DNA from: Vitrella brassicaformis CCMP3155
Lineage: Eukaryota; Protista; Chromerida
Assembly (NCBI GenBank): GCA_001179505.1
Contig: CDMY01000454.1
Coordinates: forward strand, 1-64,000
Length of the DNA stretch: 64,000 bases
Reading direction: 5' to 3'
Under the pieces are notes generated by a model. The model searched no databases. It had not been told where the DNA came from and saw only the letters and a program-made list of their open reading frames with translations. Shown here one piece after another: positions 27,386 to 40,174 of this stretch; within the stretch, counting starts at the first letter, position 1, and every line of letters begins with the position of its first letter. The translations under genes and the position numbers were made by a program.

Positions 27386-27793
27386 CAATAGCTACAATGC
27401 AGACTGAGGATCGAAAGGAGAGTTGCATCACGGAGGAAGGTGGGGCGTCCTGGCCTTTTGGCAAGCTGTTGGCGTGTAGTGAGACATGTATGTACATGAT
27501 GCCATGGCTGAGAGACAGAGAAACACATTCCTTTGCTTTCTCAATTCAATTGACGAGCGTGAATTGAAAGCTTGACCAAGGTCGTCCATAAATGTACGTC
27601 TGTTCGTCTGCTTCATGCGCCCCCCCCCATGTCTCGTATACGCATCCACGGACGGAGGACAAACAACCAACGGATGTAAAATGTAGGCAGCGATGCTGCA
27701 CGGGCGCACCCCTTCGTATCATATATCCACCACTGTCTTGGCACCCTCTCCCGTTACCGGTAACGCCGATCGATTACAAAAAGTCGACAGACG

Positions 27794-27871
27794 GGATGGG
27801 CCGCTACGCCGCTTTCCAAACAGGATGGGCCGCTACTCAAACAGGATGGGCCGCTACGCCGCTTCTCAAAC
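27794..27871 (+). repeat. Three imperfect tandem copies of GGATGGGCCGCTAC...AAACA
   Basis: Core GGATGGGCCGCTAC at 27794, 27823 and 27844. Confidence 0.85.
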
Positions 27872-27888
27872 AACACGAATGGGATCTC

Positions 27889-30349
27889 TTAGGCATACGG
27901 TAGGGATCTGTCCGCTAAGGACGTGTTCGGCCCACACACACTGCGATGGTATCCCTCCTGTCTACGGCTCCTCCTCCTCGTTGTCGCCGTCGCCCTCTTC
28001 CTGCTCGGCCGCTGCTGCAGGTGCTCACACGCCTCTGGGGCGCGGGTCGGCCCGTGGGCACTTATGGCCAGCAGCTCCTTGTCGGTAAGCTGTGAGGGCG
28101 GCTTGGCGGTCGGCGCCACAGCGGCGGGGATTCCCTTGTTATACTCTGTGACCGTGATATCCCTAGGCACGCCCACTCCTGCAGGCATGTGTCACACACA
28201 GCGAGAGACACAAAAGTAGAGAGAAATGCGAGTTTGTGAGTCAGCTGCTGACTGATATGCATACCCAGGCGACTGAGATCCTGTGTGAGGCGTTCGTACA
28301 GCTCCACGCTGAGGTACTCAGTCCAGTAGGCCTCGCTGATCGGAACGAACGGCCGCACCACCTGTGTGCATCCGCGACACACAGCAGCGACAATGTTGCA
28401 TACGTGTCTGTCGGCCTCCACAGCCAGCTGCTGGCTTGGCGTGTTACCTGTTCTCCCTTGTCGTTCGTTCCCGCCAGCACCGGCTGTGCCAGGAGAGAGT
28501 TGATCTCATCCATCAGCAGCTCCGGCAGCTGGCGGGGGAACGGACCTCGGCAGCTGGTGCGGATGTGCTCCACCACCTGACACACACACCACAAAGGACA
28601 GCGTCCATCTATGCCCGTGGGCGAATGTGAGTTTCTCGTGGCACTCACTCACCTGGTGTAGGTCGTTGTCGCATGACTGCACGATGCCCATGGCCTTCTG
28701 CCAGCTCGTAAAGAACTGCGGCACCGATTGGCCCCCGCTAATCGTGGCCGACACGAGGAACCCAACTGATGGATGGATGAGACACAGCCAGCAGACGGAC
28801 AGAGACACCACGCACACAATGTCATAGGTGGACGACTGAGTGGATGCGTCCACGACAAATCAATCACGTGTGCCTTGGATCCTTACACAGGGAGAGGGCG
28901 GGGTACTTCTCCTTGATGTACTCATAGACCTGCAGGCGATGGATTAAACACAAGACCAGAAGACATACACAAGTGGGCGTCTAATGGTGTGTGCGCATGT
29001 CCTTGTGTGTTGGTGTGTGCATACCTTGTAGGGGTCTGTGAGGTCGCACTTGCCCTTGATGCTGGGCTGTGTGCCGAGCTGCAGCCAGAAATACACACAC
29101 ACACACACAGACAGAGAGAGAGAGAGAGATAAAGACACAGCAACACGCCTTGGCTGCGTCAAGACTTACACGCAGCCGCTTTAGTGTCTCGAGCTCTTGC
29201 CTGCAGTCCTCCCCCCTCTCTATGCGCATCGCCGCCACCATGATGAGAATAATAATAATAATGATTATGCTGCAGTCAGTGCGTCAGGAACAGACACACA
29301 CACACCGTTCACGACAACCAACGATGCACACATGGACGATGGACACGACTTGGCGCTTCACTTACATGCCATTGCAGCACCAGATGATGATGATGATGAT
29401 GATTATGATGATGATTATCTTCTTTTTCTTTTTCTTCTTCGCGGCCATTTCCTCGTCGCCCTGCTCCCCGCCGTCGATGGGCTCCTCCTCCTCGTCCACT
29501 TCCACCTCCCTCTCCTCCACCGACCAGTCGATGGCCATGCCATGGCGAGTGGCCTCGTCGAGGAGCTGTTGCTCGGCAGCCCCGCCGGCGAATTCTAGAG
29601 TCATTTTCTCCTCTAGGCCCTGCTTCTGAATCTCCTGCACAAACCACACACACACACACACAACACACAAAATCGTATAAAGTGCTGGCGGCGTGCTTGC
29701 GGTATTCACCTCGATCAGCTGGTGTGCATTCGTGTATTTGGTCGGCCTTCGATCCCTCGTATACCGGCGCTGGCCCTTGGTGTATAGGAGGTCCTTCTCG
29801 GCGCCTTGGCACGGTCCACCGTCACGTGCTGCACACAGCCAGCGACGAGCCAAACAAGAGGCGAAGGGACAAGAGTGTCCACAAAGGGCTGTCTGGCCAG
29901 GCTGGTTGAGTGACCTACCACCGTCGCCTTCTCCTGCTTCATCTGCGGACCGAACAGGTGGGTGATGTCCTTGGCGTAGCCGTTGCTGTCGTATTTGGAG
30001 CCCGCCCTCGTCTGCGCCACCTTGAAGGAGTGGCTTGCCTCCTGAATCCATGAGTGACAACACAACGCCACACACGATGAGTGAGAGTGAGACCCATGCA
30101 ACACATGCAGTCGCCCTCGCTTACGTCATAGAACTGCACTGGATGTGCGCCGGGGATATTGCCCATGTCATGGCGCTGCTTGGCGCCAGCCAAGACGAAC
30201 AGGCTATGGTCCGTCCGATTGCCCTTCTCCTTCTGATATCGCTCGATGATGCCCCTATCCTCAAATTCCCGCTCCCTCTCCGCTAGGCGTCACCCTCACA
30301 GCTCTGCGTGGCGCTGTTCGGGTGGTGGTGTGTCGCTGCCGTCGGGCAT
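27889..30349 (-). pseudogene. Family B copy B2, multi-exon, disabled near its 5' end
   Basis: ATG 30349 followed by in-frame TGA at 30296-30298 and 30290-30292 where the B1 coiled coil is deleted; later exons open (EKDLLY..., K7-I12-WCCNG, ELETLKRLR, VYEYIKEKYP, RPFVPISEAYW). Confidence 0.7.
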
Positions 30350-30516
30350 GCTTGCGAGTGTCAGCAAATGACGGCAAGACAAACCACAAACGAGGATGCG
30401 GCGGCGAAGAGATGGAGCGAGAAAAAGAGAAAAAAAGACAAGTCGAGACGGTCTCTAAGCGCGTAATTCTCGACCGGCCACAGTGACCTTTCCCCCTTCA
30501 CATTCTCAGCAGCATC

Positions 30517-33307
30517 ATGGATGTGCATCAGATGGGCAGGCAACCGCCACAGACAAACTTCTTTCATCAGATCTGACGATTGTCTTCCATTCTCGTGTGA
30601 GACTGTACAGGTCAGGGAGGGTACGCGAGCAGTTGAGGAGGGCCTGCGGCACCTGCAGGAGCTCAGCACAACGGTGTGCCTGCCTACCCGCCTGCCTGCA
30701 CGAAACAAGCACTCTGTGTGTCTTCCTTGCAGCTTGGCGCGGTGCGGTCTCATTTTGAGCAAGCGCAGCCTCCCAGCCTCTCTGGACAGGTACGTCACAC
30801 ACACTGCTGCATCGCTCTCGCACATCGCTGCTGTTGTTTTGCACAGGCGCCGTCGGCCACCTCACTGGAACTTCATGTGCAGCGTGCCCTCGTCAGCTCC
30901 CACGTCGCCACAGCACAGTCGCAGCTCACGCGCACACATGAGGACGTGTCGCGGGTGGTGGATGCACTCAAGCCGATCCTGGCGGCCGCACCCAACCCCG
31001 CCACTCAGGATGATGCCGTGGTGCGCACAGCAGATGGCCGCAGCACGACACTCTCTCTGGGTGTTCATCGTTGGTCCTTGTTGCTCTGTGGTTTGCAGGC
31101 CCCTGCAGTGAAGCGCCCGTCATTTCGCCTCGTCTACAGAAGCGGCAACCCTCCACTTGTCAACCAAGGACACCAAGGACCGGCAAGAACGACCCCATGA
31201 TACATCTAAACCAGCTCGACCTTACTTTTATGTCATGTTGGTTGTCACTTCAGGCCCGTCGTCGTCTGTCGCGCGACGAGTTGGCAAACATGCTCGGCCA
31301 CCTGCAGCCCTGGGAGCTGGCGCCACACTGCCGGCGTCTCGGCACGCCCCTCTTCCATCAGTCGGCCGCCAACTACACCCACCTGGTCATCGACTGTGAG
31401 GACGACACGGCGCGGCGCATGTGGGCGGCCATGCCGCTGGCCGTGGCACACAACTGGGGAGAGAGGGCGACAAACGTCCGAGAGATCAGGCACCGGTATC
31501 CCAGTCGTCGAGAGGGCTGGTGCCGCGGGACCTGGGTGGCCGTGGTGGAGGGCCACGGGCGTGGCTGGGCGGCCATCGCAGAGAAGAAACGACGAGAGAG
31601 GGAGGGAGCGGAGGGGACAGCTGACGCTGCTGCGGTGGCGCAGGATGATGGCGGCCCCAGATTGGCTGACGAGGGCACATTGGAGGTGCTGTCCTTCGAG
31701 GAGGTCAAGCTCGACGACAGCATTGACATCCCCTACCCTCCCCCCTCATCTCTTCCGCCCCCCGCCCCCACCGCCCCAATCCACCTGCCGGCACTCAAGA
31801 CGGTCGACAACATTCCCACCTTTTCCCTGGCTTCTCGTGTGGGCCGCCAGTGGCGCACCCCTGCCGTCAAGACGCTCATCACCAGGGACATTTCGGTGGC
31901 TAGTGGTCTAAGGGCATGGCTGGCTCACTGCGAGGCCATTGAAGTGCTGCACCTCAACGGACGGGACGCCAGTACGGCGGCCAGCGCGCTGAGTGGGCTG
32001 CCCGCCGACGGGAAGTCGTTGGCGGCGCTTCGTACACTCCGGGGCGTCCGGATGTATTGGAGCATCCCCGCCGCCATCGACAGGCTGCGTGAGGTGATGG
32101 TGGCGAGGGGCGTCAGCAGGTCCATTCGGGAGCTCGAGATCGGCATGGGGTGGATGCCGAGCACTGATGAGACTGTGGAGTGCTCGCAGAACGTCGCACG
32201 GCTCATGTAAGGACACAACAGAGAGAGAGAGAGAGAGGCTGCAGAGAGACGGTGCAATTCATTCCTGTGCTTTGCCTTCGATCAGTGACGCCATTGCTCG
32301 TCACGAGGCAGTGGAGAAGGGCGTCTTCGCACTCAACAACGACGGCACGTGTGGACGGATTGACGCGGAGCTCCTCTCGCGCAGCAGCACCGGCCCCGCC
32401 GCCGCTCAGCAGCTCATTCGCGACTTCGCCAAGAGAGCCGGCATGGTGAACTACAGCGGAGATGACGAGGCCATCCCTGCAGCCATCACCGATGACACAT
32501 TCCCCGCCGCCCACTCCCTGCTGCTGCTCAGCGATGCCCTCGCCAATGGGGCCAAGAAGAAGCGGGCAGTCGAGATCGCCTCCCACATGCCCAGCCTGTC
32601 GTGCGTCGACGAAGGGGATGCTGCTGGGGACGGCGTGGTGCTGGATGCACCCGTCGGTGACCTGTGGAGCTTCCTCGAGCGGCTGCACGTGGAGTTGGTC
32701 AGGAGGGGCAAGGAGAGGAGCCTTACCCTGGGCCTCTGGCTGAGTCCTGCCGCATTCACCGCTTCCATGGAGGACCTCGCGAACCCCTGCCTGTGGGGGT
32801 GAGACTCTGACAAGCTGCCGCCGATCGAGACAGTGTACGTCAATATCGATGGTGAGCTCACCAACCATCGTATTGGGACGGCCATTGGCCCTGGCATTTG
32901 CGTATGGTGTATGTGTCTATTCGTTTCAGGCATTGAAGACGATGATCGGCATAAAGAGGATGCCGAATTGGAGACACTCTACCGGCATGTGATGGCCATG
33001 ATCACGTCCTTCAACCAAAAGCTCAAGGTGAGCCACAGTGCACGGTGCGCCCAGGTGTCAGTCAGCAGGCTGCAGGGCAATGTGTGTGTGCGTCTTTGAC
33101 CGCTCCTGGCTGAATGAATGACAGGGCCACAAGAAGACCTGTGTGAGTTTGCTCGGCAATGACCTGGGGTCCGACTTTGAGCGGCGCTTCCTGGATCAGC
33201 AGGCCTCTATCAACAACAGCGGCGGAGCATACGAGTTTAGCATCGCTCGCTCCGGCCTGCGTGTCGAGCGCCGTGATGCCGCTGGTCAATCAAATGGCTC
33301 TTCGTAG
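30517..33307 (+). pseudogene. Family A copy A3, disabled
   Basis: First donor is AT instead of GT (30532); GC donor at 31183; in-frame TGA at 32800-32802 (CLWG*); otherwise a full exon set ending GHKKTC...GQSNGSS*. Confidence 0.8.
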
Positions 33308-33747
33308 GTAAGAAGAAGCGCATCTCACACACCAGCCGCCCAGCTGCCCGCCGACGTGTCTGTCTGTCTGTCTGTGTTCCGTCAGATTAATATCGGGCAG
33401 CACAGACAGGCCGGTGCTGTAGCTGGTAGCCGCCAACCGATGTGTGGATGCTGCGTGAGAAGGCTGCTGACGGCGTGGCGCGGGATGAATGTCCGTGTGG
33501 TGCATAGGAGAGGCACTCACTCACGGCCGTCAGACACTGGATGGACAGCGGGTGTTGGTGTGTGTGCGGCCGTCATCTGTCTGATGGCTTCACGATGATG
33601 CTTTTCGTCAGTGTCTGCTTCGGCGGATTTGTATACGAAACCATCCACTAATTCCATTCGCCAAGAGGCACTCCTGGCCAACCACGGCGAGGTTCTGCAA
33701 GCTCAAACAACACCCTTCCCCGCAATTTCAATCGGCGCACCGGTCGA

Positions 33748-33800
33748 TTGCTGCCGCCTTTGTTGCTTGATAGTTCTGTGTCTGGTTTTCCCTCGCCAGC
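33748..33800 (+). promoter_or_regulatory. Conserved 5' flank element shared by A4 and A2 (10558-10607, minus)
   Basis: TTGCTGCCGC-TTTG-TG-TTGATAG-T-TGTG-CTGGTTTTCC-T-GCCAGC lies 17-30 nt upstream of both start positions. Confidence 0.45.
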
Positions 33801-33817
33801 ACACGTGGCCGTCCTCC

Positions 33818-36610
33818 ATGGACGTCAATCAGGTGACTTCAGACACTCGAGGGCTCAGAGGCTCAGAGGGCAGAGCAGAGGATGACGCACGCAGTGCACG
33901 AACAGAAGCACACCACCATCTTCCGATTTCTTCCTTGTGATGTGTTTGGTTCTCTCTGCGTTCAGTTTGTTGCGAACGCCCGTGCCGTTAAGGACAGCTT
34001 GGCGCTGCTCCTCGACCAAGATGCCGCCACCGTCGCCGCACAGGTGGGCGTTATTCGCTGACGGAGAGGCCTGCACGACAGAGGAGCCGCTCACTGTGTC
34101 CTTGGTTGATGCAGGCGTCGTCGCCCGAGGCATGGCTGGTGAATCATCAGCTGGGATCGATAGCCCCACTGCTGAGCACCCTCACGACCCGGCTCCAGCA
34201 GGGAGGGCCCAGCCTCGCCAGCGCTGTAGCTGTAGATGCACCCAACTCGACCACCGAGGCCGCTGCTGCATCGGGAGCGGCACACACAAAGCCACAGGTG
34301 GGGTGAGGTGGGGTGAGGTGGGTGGCCGTCCATCGGCAGCTGACCATGGATCCGCCCTCTGCGTTGTTGTGGCTGTCGTGTTGTCTTATTGCACTGCAGG
34401 CGGCTGTGGCCAGTGGTCCATCGTATCGTTTGATCCATCGAAGCGGCAACCCTCCACCCGTCAACCAGGGACACCAAGGACCGGTAAGGGCCACGCATTA
34501 GAATGAGTATGATTCAATCAGCCCATGGAGTGTTGTTGTCCTCTTGCTCTTGCTTCAGGCTCGTCGTCGTCTGTCGCGCGACGAGTTGGCCAACGTGTTC
34601 GGCCACCTGCAGCCCTGGGAGCTGACGCGCCACCGCCGGCGTCTCGGCACGTCACTCTTCCATCAGTCGGCTGCCAACTACACCCACCTGGTCATCGACT
34701 GTGAGGACGACACGGCGCGGCGCATGTGGGAAGCCATGACACTGGCCGTGGCACTCAGATGGGGGCAGAGAGCGAGCAACGTCCGAGAGATCAAGCACCG
34801 CCACCCGTAGTGGCGAGACGGATGGTGTTGCGGCACCTGGGTGGCATTAGTGGAGGGACATGGGAGTGGCCGGGCGGCCATCGCAGACGAGAAGAGACGG
34901 GAGAGAGAGGGCGGGGAGGGGACAGCGGACGCTGCGGCGGTGGCGCAGGATGATGACGACCCCAGATCGGCTGACGAGGGCACATTGGAGGTGCTGTCAC
35001 TCGAGGAGGTCGACCTCGACGATAGCATTGTAATCCCCTACCCTCCCCCCTCACGAGCTCTGTCCCCCGCCCCCGCCGCCCCCATTCACCTGCCGGCACT
35101 CAAGACGGTCCGCAACATAGCCCACGATTGCCTGCTGGCGCGTGTGGGCCGTCAGTGGCGCACCCCTGCCGTCAAGGCGCTCATCACCAGGGACAATTGG
35201 GCGGCTAGTGGTCTAAGGGCATGGCTGGCCGAGGCCATTGAAGTGCTGGACCTCAACGGACGGGACGCCTATATTAGCGCGGCCGATGAGGAACTGGACC
35301 TCAACGGACGGAGGGCAGGCCTGACGGCCGATGCGCTGAGTGGGCTGCCCGCCGACGGGAAGTCACTCGCGGCGCTTCGCACACTGTGAGGCGTCCGGAT
35401 ATATTGGAGCAGCCCCGCGGACATCGACGAGCTGCGTGAGGTGATGGTGGCGAGGGGCGTCAGCCGGTCCATTCGCGAGCTCGAGATCGACATGGGGTGG
35501 ATGCGGAGCACTACCTTCACTGTGGAGCTGTGCCAGAGCGTCGCACGGCTCATGTAAGGACACAACAGAGAGAGGGACACAGAGAGAGAGGCGGGGAAAT
35601 GCAGACAGCTCAATTCATTCCTGTGCTTTGCCTTCGATCAGTGACGCCATCGCCCACCCCGAGGCAGTGGAGAAGGGCGTCTTCGAGCTCAGCAACGACG
35701 GCACGTGTGGAGAGATTCACGCGGAGCTCCTCTCGCGCAGCAGCACCGGCCCCGCCGCCGCCCAGAAGCTCATTCGCGACTTCGCCAAAAGAGCCGGCAC
35801 CGTGGCATACAGCGGTCTTGACGAGGCCGTCCCTGCGGCCATCAGTGACGACACATTCCCCGCCGCCCACACCCTGAAGCTAATGGGTGATGATGCCCTC
35901 GCCAATGGGGCCAACAAGAAGCGGGCCCTCGAGATCGCCTCCAACATGCCCAGCCTGTCGTGCGTCAAGGCAGGAGATGAGGAGCACGAAGTGGAGCTGG
36001 ATGCACCTGCTGGTGAGGTGTGGCGGTTCCTCGAGCGGCTGCAGGCGGCGCTGGTCAGCAGGGGCAAGGAGAGGAACCTTTCAGTCCAGTGGTATCTGGG
36101 GACGGGTGCATTCGTGCCACTGGAGCCCGTGCACAACAAGAGCAGCCCCTGTCTGTGGGATCGGGGCATCGGCCAGTTGCCGCCGATCGATGAAGTGAGG
36201 ATCTCCGTTCATGGTAAGGGACATGAGACTGCATGGTGGTTGTGTCCATTCACCATGCATTTCAGGCGGTGTAGCCGATGACGCGCTGGACGAACTCTAC
36301 AACAGCGTGATGGCCATGGTCTCCTCCTTCAACCACAAGCTCAAGGTGCGTCACACAGCACAGACAAACAGCACACCGACAGACAGCACACCGACAGACA
36401 GACCACAGACAGTCGCTGGGCAATGTGTGTAAGCCTCTTGTCGTGCTGGCTGATCGACAGGGCCACGAGAGGACTGAGGTTTTCTTTACAGAGTCGCACT
36501 TGGAGTTTATGCAGCGTTTCCTGGCACAGCAGGCCTCTCTCAACTTCAATGGCGGCCCATATAAGCTCAGCTTTGACGATATCACCCTGTTCGTCGAGCG
36601 CTGCGCCTGA
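33818..36610 (+). pseudogene. Family A copy A4, disabled
   Basis: ATGGACGTCAATCAG|gt at 33818; in-frame TAG 34808-34810 and TGA 35387-35389; internal LDLNGR duplication at 35246 and 35294. Confidence 0.85.
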
Positions 36611-37100
36611 CGTGTCCAGCTGCCGATCAGGTGAGACCAGGCCCAGCTGCACCACCGAGACGACCTTACCGATGTGTGTGTCGTCCGACTCAGAAACGTG
36701 AGTCTGGTTGGGGCGGGTGGTAGCTACTCGAGTGCGGCAGATGCAGCTGGCTTGTGCGGACAGACGATGCGTGGAGGGTGGACAAACACGTGTGTGTGTG
36801 TAGGTATCTGTGTGTGTGTGACCTAGTTAATTCGTGACGATGACCAGATTGATTCGTGCCATCCATCCATCCATCCATTTATTTGTCCAGACATTCGAAT
36901 TTATTGGGCAGCGGTGCCGCCTTCCACCACACACATTCTCACACAGACGCACAGAGAGAGAGAGACTTACATATGTACACTCACATGCACTTCGCATCTG
37001 CTGTCTGTCCCGTCCGCCATTTCACCCATACCGAGAGCACTAAACAAACCACACCGCTACGCCCTGCCTGCTGGCTGCCGGCTGCCAGCTGTCTGTCTGT

Positions 37101-37877
37101 CTAGCTGGGAAAGGACCGGTGGAAGTGGATATTCTTCCACTCCTTCTTGCCGTCGCCCATCTTGTGCCACACCCTGGTCTCCTCCGTCGCCACCGTCTCC
37201 GGCGACCCCTGCCGCATCACCTGCATCAGCCGGTTGTACGTCACCACGGCTGTCTCGTTGCCCAACAAACGAATCTGCTCACCCACCCAAAGAAACAGAC
37301 AGGGACATCACACACAGCCATGCAAGAGCCGAGTGCCCCTCTCCTGCTCGCCTTGAGGTTCGTGACGGTCACTTTGGCGGGTGCACTGGCGTCCACCTCC
37401 TTGCCGACCGATGTGGTCTTCTTGGCCGCCGTCAGGTTGAAATAGTACTGTGACGAACAACACACACACACACACACACACACGGTAGAGGAGATTGACG
37501 CCGGCAGAGGAGATGCGGCTGCCCACCTTGTGGAAGTCCAGGCCCTCCACCAGATAGCCTTTCGATTCAGGCTCGAAGCAGGTCAGCGAGGGGTCACAGA
37601 GCTGCTTGTACGTCTCCCAGTCGCCATCTGTGATGGCCTGCAGAAGCCGCTTGTTCAGCGCATTCAGCTCCTCTATCTCCGATGGAACGGCCGGCATGCT
37701 GCTGCTGCTGCTGCTGCTGCTCTCGAGTGCGGGGACCGGCCACACCTGGGATGCTGCCGCAGAATGCGTTGCCGCAGCGGCGTGTGTGAGAAGGGGTGAT
37801 CTGCCGCTGAAGAGAGCCGGGTTGCTTCGGATGAGAAGGAACAGCAGTGCGTTGAGCGGCAGAGGGCTCAGGGGCAT
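37101..37877 (-). CDS. Stand-alone CaMKII association (hub) domain / NTF2-like protein with N-terminal leader, 3 exons
   Basis: LLQAITDGDWETYKQLCDPSLTCFEPESKGYLVEGLDFHK|YYF, IRLLGNETAVVTYNRL, EETRVW, WKNIHFHRS match the CaMKII hub signature; no kinase exons between it and the MCT gene upstream. Confidence 0.88.
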
Positions 37878-38114
37878 GAATCACGTGGCAGCAGACGCCA
37901 GCACGACTGTTCACCTGCTCACAGACACGTATGATGGATTCCGATCACAGATCTCGCATCCTTCTTGTGGCTGTGGCTGCTTACGTGGCGTGGGGAGAGA
38001 GACCCGCCGGAAAGAACGCGAGCTGAAGTCATTCTGCGAGCTTTTTGAAGCAGAAAGATCAGGCAAAAGACAAAACGATGTAGCTCAGGCTAGACACGTG
38101 CTCACACAGCAGAC

Positions 38115-40174
38115 ATGGACAGCTTCCGAGATTGGACGATTGTGTTAGGCAGCTGGCTCGTGCACTTCGCCAGCCTTGGGACAGTCTACACATTCGTAAG
38201 CAGCAAGCAGCGCTCAGATGCAGGCACACGCATTGTCTTGTCCTTGTTGTGCTGTCTTTTGATGCAGGGAGTGTTCTTTCCATATTTGTTGGCAGGATTC
38301 GGGGCGAGCAAGGCGGTGACGAGCCTTGTCTACTCGGTGTCTGCGTCGTGCTTTATGTTCTTTGGCTTCTTGAACGGTGCCCTTGTTCGGCGATATGGCC
38401 ACAGAAGGTGTGGAAACAAGCACTCGGTTAAAGTGACCGAGGAAAAAGACCGTTAGCCTCTGTCTGATGATGTTGTTATTGTTGTCTCATCAGGATGGCT
38501 CGAGTGGGTGCGGTGATTGTGCTCGGTGGCCTGATTGCAAGCTCGTTCGTCTCTGATTTGTGGCAGCTGTTTCTCACCTATGGCGTCATCAGCGGCTTCG
38601 GCTTCGGCCTCAGCTATATGAGCTGCATCACCATCATCGCACTCCACTTCGACAAACACAGGGCGACAGCCACTGGTACACGCAGACACCAACCATTCCT
38701 CATTCGTCACATTTGCTTTGATGGTTCGTTCCATGTTGCAGGCCTTGCTGTGTCGGGCAGCGGCATCGGCACTCTCGCCCTCGCGCCAACGTTTGATGCC
38801 CTCCTGGCGAGTATCGGGTGGCGCCACACATTCCGAGTCCAAGCGGCCATCTGCACGGCCTTGATCGTTGCCGCGTCCTTCTTCTTCAAGCGGCCACATC
38901 AAAGCGATCCCTACCAGCAGCCGCAAGACCAGCCACAGCAGCGAGAGAAAGACTTAGAGGCCAAGCAGCTGCCGGCTGCCGATGGGGATGCCGCTGCTGA
39001 TGATTTGAAGGTGGTTATTGACGAGAAAAGCGGCTACTTTGTCATCGAGAAGGCGACGTCTGCCGGGGAGGGCGAGGTGGAGGAGACCTCAGCCACTGGG
39101 AGTGACGATCGTCCACACACGCCGCTGCAGCCGTCAGAGCCGCCATCAGCAGCACCACCGGCAGCCGCAGAAGAGGCGCCCGCACCCCCAGCACAAGACA
39201 AATCGCACCCCGATGAGGGAAGGGGGAAAGAAGTACAGTCCGTCGTCACTGCAAAGCGGTCGTCGGCTGCTCCGGAGCGGCAGAAATCCTTGATGAGGCT
39301 ATTGCCCGCGCTGCATTTCGACTGGTCGCTGTTTTGCGACTCGAGGTTTGTGGTTCTCTTCATTGGCTCGTTCTTCTGCTCCTTCGCATACTTCGGTAAG
39401 CGACGAATGAAACGCGCAGCCACATGGCATCACGAGGCCACCGGCACATCTATATCATGCCTTATATGTTGCCTTCGTATTGTGTTGTCTTGCTACGTTC
39501 AATCAGTCCCTTTCTCCCACTGGGTCGAATGGTAGGCGACAAATCACACACACACACGACACCGAGGGCACCAAACGGATTTTGCTGTGTTGCATGCCAA
39601 TCTCTTTCGTGTATTCAGGGGCATCGAGAACGGCATAGCCTCTGACCGAGCGGCCCTCACCGTCACGGCGTTCGGCGTCGCGTCGACCGTCAGCCGTGTG
39701 TTCGTCGGTCGCGTGGCTGACTCACTTGGCCGCGTGAAGGTGTTCTGGCTCGGCACCCTGATCATGTGTCTCGATCTCGCCTTCCTGGCCATCGCCGACC
39801 AGCTGTGGCGGCTTATCGTGTTCGCCCTGGTCCTCGGCATCGGCTCGGGCGCTTTCATCGCCTTGACGCCGGTGATCACGGCTCAGCTGTTCGGCAGCCA
39901 TCGGCTGCCTGGCGGCTTGGGGTTCATCTACTGCGCCATAGGCACCGCGAATGCGATGGGGCCGCCATTCGCCGGATGGGTGGCGGACCAGATCAGTTAC
40001 CCTGCCGCCTTTGGCTTCGCCGCTCTGGTGATGGCTGTCGGGTGTGCCTTCATCGGCGTACTGTGGGCGTGGACTGCGTGTGGGGTTGGTGAGAGCCGGG
40101 AGCGCTTTATGCGGGCTTTGTCTTGTCAAGGGGGGTTGGCAGGGCAGCGGCTCAGCCGGCCGCCGAGTGCGTGA
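38115..40174 (+). CDS. MFS monocarboxylate transporter (SLC16/MCT-like), multi-exon
   Basis: WTIVLGSWLVHF, GVFFPYLL, LFLTYGVISGFGFGLSY, HFDKHRATATGLAVSGSGIG, VSRVFVGRVAD, GPPFAGWVAD; about 12 hydrophobic segments with a central hydrophilic loop. Confidence 0.92.

Noticed and set aside
27794-27871. CRISPR-like array
   Set aside because: Three short units with similar, non-unique linkers in eukaryotic DNA and no cas genes
3700-31260. Inverted repeats as ends of a giant DNA transposon
   Set aside because: The repeats are intron-containing genes; no transposase, recombinase, reverse transcriptase or target-site duplication was seen
1655-36610. Stop-codon reassignment, readthrough or programmed frameshifting to explain in-frame stops in family A
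   Set aside because: Lesions differ between copies, co-occur with indels and start or donor loss, and A5 and the housekeeping genes read in the standard code
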